DNA of 64,000 nt from Gemmatimonadaceae bacterium (GTDB taxonomy: Bacteria > Gemmatimonadota > Gemmatimonadetes > Gemmatimonadales > Gemmatimonadaceae): contig JBGAJQ010000021.1 in NCBI GenBank assembly GCA_044224875.1, positions 1 through 64,000 on the forward strand. The letters are read 5' to 3'. The notes beneath the pieces are model-generated. The model searched no databases. It was not told the origin of the DNA and saw only the letters and a list, made by a program, of their open reading frames with translations. Below, piece by piece: positions 57,977-64,000 of this stretch. Positions within the stretch are counted from its first letter, which is position 1. Each line of letters opens with the position of its first letter. The position numbers and the translations under genes were made by a program.

Positions 57977-59593
57977 ATGCGCGGTCCGCGCTTCCTGCCA
58001 CTGTGTGTCCTGCTGCTCTCATCCGCTCTTTACGCACCGCTCGAGGCGCAGGCGCGGAAGGCCGCGCCCAAGAGCGACGTGCGGCTCGAACGACTCAAGA
58101 CGGAGGCGGCGGCCGCGATCGACAGCATGTCCACGCTCACCCAGCAGATGGTGGACATGATTTTCTCCTTCGGTGAGCTCGGTTTTCAGGAAGTGGAGAC
58201 GTCGCGCTACCTAACGGGAATTCTGGAGCGAAATGGCTTTACGATCCAACGCGGGGTCGCCGGCATACCCACGGCGTGGACGGCCACGTGGGGGAGTGGC
58301 CACCCGGTGCTGGCGTTAGGCTCCGACATCGACGGCATCCCACAAGCTTCCCAGAAGCCTGGCGTTGCCTACCGTGACCCTATCGTGCCTGGCGCGCCGG
58401 GACATGGCGAGGGACACAATACGGGCCAACCCGTGAACGTCACGGCGGCCATCGCGCTCAAGAAGATCATGGAACGAGAGAAGATTCCCGGTACGATCGT
58501 GCTCTGGCCCGGCGTCGCAGAGGAACAACTCGGCACCAAGGCCTACCTGGTCCGTGCGGGAATATTCTCCGGCGTGGACCTGGCGATGTTCACGCATGTC
58601 TCGAGCAACCTGCAGACCATGTGGGGTTTGCAGGGCGACTACAACGCGCTCCTCTCGGCGATCTTCGAGTTCAAGGGAACGGCGGCGCACGGGGCGGGAG
58701 CGCCGTGGCGCGGCAGGTCAGCGCTTGACGCGGTGGAGCTGATGGATGTGGGTTGGAATTTTCGGCGCGAGCACCTGAGACCGCAGCAGCGTTCGCACTA
58801 TGTCATTCGCGACGGTGGCGACCAGCCGAACGTTGTGCCGAGCACGGCCTCTGTCTGGTATTACTTCCGCGAGACGGACTACGAAGGTGTGGTCGACATG
58901 TTTTCGATCGCGAAGGACATCGCTGAAGGCGCGGCCAAGATGACCGGCACATCGCTCGATCGCGTGCGCATCATGGGCTCGGCGTGGGTTCCGCACCTGA
59001 ACAAGCCGGTGGCCGAGGCGATGAACGCGAACATCGGACGCGTTGGACTGCCGAAGTGGGACAACAAGGACCAACAGATGGCTCGAGCCATCCAGAAGAC
59101 ACTCGGCCGTCCGGAGAAGGGTTTGGATACGGCGCTCGCGGCGCTGTCTGGTCCCACGCCAGAGGAACAACGCATGGGTGGAGGTTCCGACGACGTCGGT
59201 GACATCTCGTGGGTGCTGCCGACGGTGCAGCTGTACTATCCGTCGAACGTCCCTGACACACCCGGCCATCATTGGTCAGATGCCATCGCCGAGGCCACGC
59301 CCATTGCCCACAAGGGTGCGACCGCGGGGGCGAAGGTGCAGGCGATGACCATGCTCGACTTGTTCCTCAAGCCCGACCTGGTGCAGGCCGCCCGCGTGTA
59401 CTTCGACTCCGTGCAGACGAAGGTGACAAAGTACAAACCGTTCATCGGGCCTAACGATCAGCCGGCCATCGAGCTGAATGCCGGCATTCTCGAACGCTAT
59501 CGACCGGAGATGCGGAAGTTCTACTATGACCCGACCAAGTACCGCACGTACCTGGAGCAGTTAGGCATCACCTATCCCACCGTGAAGCCGTAA
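57977..59593 (+). CDS. Secreted M20 amidohydrolase (AbgB-like), paralog of 8366..9937
   Basis: Same motif set as the other copy (ELGFQE, GSDIDG, GHGEGHN, AEE, GGSDDVGD). Signal peptide from ATG 57977. Confidence 0.88.
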   Translation: MRGPRFLPLCVLLLSSALYAPLEAQARKAAPKSDVRLERLKTEAAAAIDSMSTLTQQMVDMIFSFGELGFQEVETSRYLTGILERNGFTIQRGVAGIPTAWTATWGSGHPVLALGSDIDGIPQASQKPGVAYRDPIVPGAPGHGEGHNTGQPVNVTAAIALKKIMEREKIPGTIVLWPGVAEEQLGTKAYLVRAGIFSGVDLAMFTHVSSNLQTMWGLQGDYNALLSAIFEFKGTAAHGAGAPWRGRSALDAVELMDVGWNFRREHLRPQQRSHYVIRDGGDQPNVVPSTASVWYYFRETDYEGVVDMFSIAKDIAEGAAKMTGTSLDRVRIMGSAWVPHLNKPVAEAMNANIGRVGLPKWDNKDQQMARAIQKTLGRPEKGLDTALAALSGPTPEEQRMGGGSDDVGDISWVLPTVQLYYPSNVPDTPGHHWSDAIAEATPIAHKGATAGAKVQAMTMLDLFLKPDLVQAARVYFDSVQTKVTKYKPFIGPNDQPAIELNAGILERYRPEMRKFYYDPTKYRTYLEQLGITYPTVKP

Positions 59594-59601
59594 CACGACA
59601 C

Positions 59602-59623
59602 GGGGGCGACTCGCGTCGCCCCC
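59602..59623. terminator. GC-rich hairpin between convergent genes
   Basis: GGGGGCGAC-TCGC-GTCGCCCCC, a perfect 9-bp stem with no clear U tract. Confidence 0.55.
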
Positions 59624-59648
59624 ACCTCACCCGGCTGGCGATCGAACG

Positions 59649-60899
59649 CTACTCGTAGCGCAGGGCGTCCACCGGATCCAGGCGGGCGGCGCGGCGCGCG
59701 GGTACGAGCCCGAACGCCACGCCAATTCCGATCGATACGAGCACGGCGATCAGCGTCTGCATTACCGGCGTCGGCGCGGTCGCCCCGAGCACGAGACTGA
59801 TGAGGCGTCCCATGCCCAACCCGACGAGGACGCCAAAGATGCCCCCGATCCCCGTGAGCGTCGCCGCCTCCGTCAGGAATTGGACCATGATATCGCGACG
59901 TGTCGCGCCTAACGCCTTGCGCACGCCAATCTCGCGCGTCCGACTGGTCACCGATACCATCATGATGGCCATGACACCGATGCCGCCGACCAGCAGTCCT
60001 ACGGACGAGAGCGCGATCATGACGAGAAAGAATGCGCCCGTGAGCTTGTTGAAGATGTCCAGGATCTGTTCCTGTGTGACCAGGTCGAACGTGTTCTTGT
60101 CCGCCGGCCGCAACCGGCGCATGGTGCGGAGCTCGACGATGACCGCCTCCTCGGCCTCAGCGACGGTTACCCCCGCCCGCGGCTTGACCGGAATGAACTG
60201 CGCGTTCGTCTTGTCGATGTCAAACTGGTGATCGAGCATCAGGAACGGCACAATGCCACCGACTTCGGTGCCGGGTGGCGCGAAGATATTGGAGGCCGGC
60301 GCGTACAGCCCGATCACCTCCGCTGGCCTTCCGCCGACACGGATCGTACGGCCCATGGGGCTCACGCGACCAAAGAGCGTGCGGGCATGCTTCTCGTCCA
60401 GCACCACCACCGCGCTACCCGAGGCGATCTCGCTCCGTGAGAACCAACGACCGTCAACGAGCTCACCGCCCTGGATTTCCGTGAAGCGGTCGTCCGCCCC
60501 CATGACCTGTACGACCTGGGTGCGCGCGCCCTCGTACTCCAGTCGCGCTCCGACCTGTCCCCAGATCCCCGCATAGTCGACCTGCGGGAGTGCGGCAATG
60601 TGGTCCGCTTCGATCTTCGTCAGGTCGGGCCGGATGCGGACGTACTTCGGTGGCGCGTCGGGGTTGATCGGCGTCTGCGAAAAGATCTTCATCACGTAGA
60701 ATGTCGTCGGCCCCGCCAGCTGAATCGTATTGACGATCTGTGCCTGGATCCCATTCACGATCGTGGCCATCGCCATGACCGTACTGATGCCGATGACCAC
60801 ACCAAGGATCGTGAGGGCGGATCGCAGCTTGCTGGCGCGCAGCGTCTCCAGCGCAATGCCAACGTTCTCGCCGACGGTGTCGTGAATGCGGGCGGCCAT
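59649..60899 (-). CDS. MacB/FtsX-family ABC permease
   Basis: KLRSALTILGVVIG, VGGIGVMAIMMVSVTSRTREIGVRKALGA, PARRAARLDPVDALRYE. Start at ATG 60899. Confidence 0.93.
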   Translation of the reverse strand: MAARIHDTVGENVGIALETLRASKLRSALTILGVVIGISTVMAMATIVNGIQAQIVNTIQLAGPTTFYVMKIFSQTPINPDAPPKYVRIRPDLTKIEADHIAALPQVDYAGIWGQVGARLEYEGARTQVVQVMGADDRFTEIQGGELVDGRWFSRSEIASGSAVVVLDEKHARTLFGRVSPMGRTIRVGGRPAEVIGLYAPASNIFAPPGTEVGGIVPFLMLDHQFDIDKTNAQFIPVKPRAGVTVAEAEEAVIVELRTMRRLRPADKNTFDLVTQEQILDIFNKLTGAFFLVMIALSSVGLLVGGIGVMAIMMVSVTSRTREIGVRKALGATRRDIMVQFLTEAATLTGIGGIFGVLVGLGMGRLISLVLGATAPTPVMQTLIAVLVSIGIGVAFGLVPARRAARLDPVDALRYE

Positions 60900-60901
60900 G
60901 G

Positions 60902-62143
60902 CTACTCTGCTCGCAAGGCGACGACGGGGTCGAGGCGAGATGCCCGGCGCGCCGGATAGACACCGAAGATGATCCCCACGCCCGCGCCGAGCGTCACGGC
61001 CAACGCCACCGACCACGCGGTGACGCGCGCCGGCAAGGGGGACGCCGTGGCAATCAGTGTGGCAAAGAGCCAGCCAGACGCAACCCCGATCACCCCGCCT
61101 AACGTTGCCATCATGATCGCTTCGGCCAGAAACTGTCGCTCGATATCCCGCGACCGGGCGCCTAACGCCTTACGCACCCCAATCTCGTGGGTGCGCTCCG
61201 TCACGGACATGAGCATGATGTTCATGATCACGATGCCACCCACGACAATACCGATGGCCACCACGGCGGGCACGACGGCAAAGAGCACCCGGGTCAACGT
61301 CTTCCAGAAGTCCACGAGGGCATCCGACGTCTCGATCGTAAACGTGTCCTCGTCCGTCGGGCGCAACCCGCGCTGGATGCGCATGGCTTCTTGCGCTCGG
61401 GCCATCGCCGGCGCCACCTCCACGGCCGTGTTCACCTTGACCGAAATCGTGGTGGTGTTGCGACGGCCATATAGCATCTCGAAGCGTGTGATGGGCATGA
61501 TGGCAAAGCCGTCGAACGACTGCCCAAGAACGCGCCCCTTCTTCTGATTCACGCCAACGATCTTGAAGCGCTCACCCATGATGCGCACTTCTTGGCCCAC
61601 CGCATCCACTCCTTCGAACAGCTTCTCCTGGACGTCAGCGCCAACCACCAGCACCGGACGACGTTCGGAAATGTCGACGTCGGAAAGTGCGTCTCCGTGG
61701 GCGATACGATAGTCCTGCACGAGTTGATACGAAGCGGTCACGCCAAAGATCGGCACATCGCCAAGCGTGCGGTCGCGCCAGACCATGTCCGCCATGGGTG
61801 TGGGCCAACCCGACTGGATGGAAATGGCCGCCACGTCTGGCAACGCCTCGCGGACCGCATCGTAGTCTCGCTGCGTCACCTTCGGGCGACGCTGCATACG
61901 CCGCCAGTCATCGTCGTCGATGCGACCGAAGTTGATCGGCGTGCGCCGCACCTGGAACGAGTTCGCGCCAATGATCGCCCCCGCGACGTTCTCCTTCACA
62001 TACGCATTCATCCCCTGGATGATCGCGACCACCGCCACCAGGAAGGCGACCGACACGATGATGCCAAGCAGCGTGAAGAAGGACCGGAGCTTGTTGGTCC
62101 GGATCTGGCCTAGGGCGGTGCCGAGTACGTCGAGGAATCGCAC
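60902..62143 (-). CDS. MacB/FtsX-family ABC permease
   Basis: KLRSFFTLLGI, VGGIVIMNIMLMSVTERTHEIGVRKALGA, YPARRASRLDPVVALR. Confidence 0.93.
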   Translation of the reverse strand: MRFLDVLGTALGQIRTNKLRSFFTLLGIIVSVAFLVAVVAIIQGMNAYVKENVAGAIIGANSFQVRRTPINFGRIDDDDWRRMQRRPKVTQRDYDAVREALPDVAAISIQSGWPTPMADMVWRDRTLGDVPIFGVTASYQLVQDYRIAHGDALSDVDISERRPVLVVGADVQEKLFEGVDAVGQEVRIMGERFKIVGVNQKKGRVLGQSFDGFAIMPITRFEMLYGRRNTTTISVKVNTAVEVAPAMARAQEAMRIQRGLRPTDEDTFTIETSDALVDFWKTLTRVLFAVVPAVVAIGIVVGGIVIMNIMLMSVTERTHEIGVRKALGARSRDIERQFLAEAIMMATLGGVIGVASGWLFATLIATASPLPARVTAWSVALAVTLGAGVGIIFGVYPARRASRLDPVVALRAE

Positions 62144-62382
62144 GGAAGGGGGGCGGTGGAGCAGAACGAGCTACCGTCGAACGATTTCAGCTGGACCGGC
62201 CACGGGCAAGGCGCTGCTGGCGCTCAATCGCATGAGCGTGGCGGGGGTGCCGTCCGTCAAGCGCGCGGGGCCGCCACGTGCTAGACACACTCGGTGCTCA
62301 GCCGCAGGGACGAAACGCCAGTGTGCTCGTCTCCCGCGCGGGCGGACGCGCAACTCGTGCAGCTCGTACCACAACCTGCCGA

Positions 62383-63651
62383 CTACTCGTAGCGCAGCGC
62401 CTCGACGGGATCCAGCTTCGCGGCACGCGCGGCCGGTGCCATCCCAAACAGAATGCCGGTGAGCGCGCTGGTGACCAGCGCCGCGACGATCGCCGGGACG
62501 GGAACGGCGGCCGGAATCGTCGTGTTGGCTCGAATGCCCCACGCCAGCAATCCGCCCAGGATCAGTCCGATCGCAGCGCCAAGACTGGTGAGCGTTGCAG
62601 CTTCCACGAGGAATTGCCAGAGAATTGTGCCTTTCGACGCACCTAACGCCTTGCGGATCCCGATTTCGCGCGTGCGCTCAGTGACCGAGATCATCATGAT
62701 GGCAACGACACCCACACCGCCAACCAGCAAGGCCACCGCTGACAGCGCCAAACCTACCAGGAAGATGGCCCCGAAGATCTGATTGAACAATTCGAGGATC
62801 CGCTCCTCACCAACGATCGCAAAGTTGTTGGGCTGCGACGGGTGCAGGCCGCGCTTGCCGCGCAGCGTGGCCGTGACTTCATCTTCGGCCACACTCCGCT
62901 CGACGCTGGCGCGGGGCTTCACCCACAGCAGCAACCACCGCAAGTCGGCATCGAGCTGACGGTGTGCCGTGTTTGCGGTGAAGATCATCTTTGGCGTGTC
63001 GGGCCCGCGACCATCCAACGACTTGAGGAACCCCGTGGTGGTCTGGTACACGCCCACGACCGTGAACTGGCTGCCGTTCACCAGGACTTGCTTGCCGATC
63101 GGGTCGCTCTGCCCGAAGAGCTGCTTGGCCAGCGTGTCATTCACGATCACCACCGGCGCGGCGGACTGGTACTCCTGTTCGGTGAAGTCTCGGCCAGGTG
63201 CAATGTCGGCGCCGCCATCGATGTGGAGCCAACGTTGACCGTATCCCTCGAAGTTCACACTGGAGAGGTACTTGTCCTTGTATCGAATACTGGCGCCCCC
63301 AAAGAGCCACGGGACGGCCTCTTCCACGGAGGGCAACTGTCCAATGGCGCGCACTTCATCGAGGGTGATCGGCGGCCACCGTCGCTCGGGACATGACTCG
63401 TCCGATCCGTCGCAGCCATTCATGCCGACGCCGCGCCGCCGGACGCTGAAGGTCGTGGCGCCGAAATCGTCGAGGTCCTTCTTGAAGCTCGCGCTGATGC
63501 CGTGGATGGTGGCGGCCATTGCCACCACCACGAAGACGCCGACCGCCACCCCCATGATGGTGAGCGCCGCGCGAATGCGATTGGAGCGGATGGCGTCAAA
63601 CGCGATCGCCACGCCCTCGACGGTGGCCAGCAGGCGACTCCCGAAGCGCAT
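62383..63651 (-). CDS. MacB/FtsX-family ABC permease
   Basis: RIRAALTIMGV, VGGVGVVAIMMISVTERTREIGIRKALGA, PAARAAKLDPVEALRYE. Confidence 0.93.
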   Translation of the reverse strand: MRFGSRLLATVEGVAIAFDAIRSNRIRAALTIMGVAVGVFVVVAMAATIHGISASFKKDLDDFGATTFSVRRRGVGMNGCDGSDESCPERRWPPITLDEVRAIGQLPSVEEAVPWLFGGASIRYKDKYLSSVNFEGYGQRWLHIDGGADIAPGRDFTEQEYQSAAPVVIVNDTLAKQLFGQSDPIGKQVLVNGSQFTVVGVYQTTTGFLKSLDGRGPDTPKMIFTANTAHRQLDADLRWLLLWVKPRASVERSVAEDEVTATLRGKRGLHPSQPNNFAIVGEERILELFNQIFGAIFLVGLALSAVALLVGGVGVVAIMMISVTERTREIGIRKALGASKGTILWQFLVEAATLTSLGAAIGLILGGLLAWGIRANTTIPAAVPVPAIVAALVTSALTGILFGMAPAARAAKLDPVEALRYE

Positions 63652-64000
63652 TTATTCCTGCCTCAGGGCAAGGATGGGGTCCATCTTGGCGGCGCGACTG
63701 GCGGGGTAGATCCCGGCCACGATGCCCACGCCAGCTCCAACAGCGAGCGCCGCGAAAACGGACCACAGCGCGACGGCCGCCGGCAAGGGCGTGGCGGCCG
63801 CAATGCCCTTGGCCATCAGCGCGCCCAGCAAGATGCCGATCGCGGCACCAAGCACGGAGAGCGTCGCGGCCTCCACCAGGAACTGCCGCATGATGTCGCG
63901 CCGGCGCGCCCCAAGTGCCTTTCGGATGCCGATCTCCCGGGTGCGTTCGGCGACCGCGACGAGCATGATGTTCATGATCACCAATGCGCCGACAATCAGG
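63652..64000 (-). CDS. MacB/FtsX-family ABC permease, 3' part (starts beyond the window)
   Basis: IMNIMLVAVAERTREIGIRKALGA, YPASRAAKMDPILALRQE. Confidence 0.9.
   Translation of the reverse strand, partial: LIVGALVIMNIMLVAVAERTREIGIRKALGARRRDIMRQFLVEAATLSVLGAAIGILLGALMAKGIAAATPLPAAVALWSVFAALAVGAGVGIVAGIYPASRAAKMDPILALRQE

Larger units (their letters stand above)
787..62648. repeat. Dispersed over-represented heptamer CCTAACG/CGTTAGG (at least 43 copies)
   Basis: Counted by eye: 27 copies as CCTAACG and 16 as CGTTAGG on the + strand; positions are listed in the findings. Confidence 0.85.

Noticed and set aside
62171..62380. Small ORF in the spacer between the permease pairs
   Set aside because: Only a TTG start without a clear RBS, Arg-rich composition and no family match.
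1..64000. CRISPR array, integrase, transposase, prophage, tRNA, defence system
   Set aside because: No regularly spaced repeats, cloverleaf or relevant protein motifs were seen by eye.

Overview
A GC-rich (about 65-67% by eye) chromosomal window. Its gene content (Oar-like outer-membrane protein, secreted M20 amidohydrolase paralogs, mglBA after recR, tandem MacB-type permeases) suggests Gemmatimonadota; this is an inference. Housekeeping blocks are tal-pyk-pgi-fba, ffs-dnaX-ybaB-recR-mglB-mglA-pgsA-cinA, grpE-dnaJ, iscS-mnmA and bshB1-kynA-kynB. There are two ECF sigma systems, a CarH-like B12 photoregulator, two GMC oxidoreductases and four tandem ABC permeases. I saw no mobile element, CRISPR array, rRNA or tRNA. 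The main signals are: (1) the non-palindromic heptamer CCTAACG/CGTTAGG occurs at least 43 times, mostly inside genes where it imposes rare codons; (2) a carrier-protein aminoacylation operon (acyl-CoA dehydrogenase, aa:CP ligase, DUF1839 with BtrH-like motifs, AcpS, carrier protein, GH2, esterase) converges on an AAC(3)/alpha-alpha-toroid fusion; (3) an ECF sigma region 2 is fused to a FecR anti-sigma; (4) an 11-bp-periodic CarH-type operator; (5) unannotated small elements: a probable 6S RNA, an SRP RNA with a non-GNRA loop, a 59-aa ORF and a 14-codon ORF behind a 13-nt Shine-Dalgarno. Five genes carry small deletions or frameshifts that may be assembly errors.
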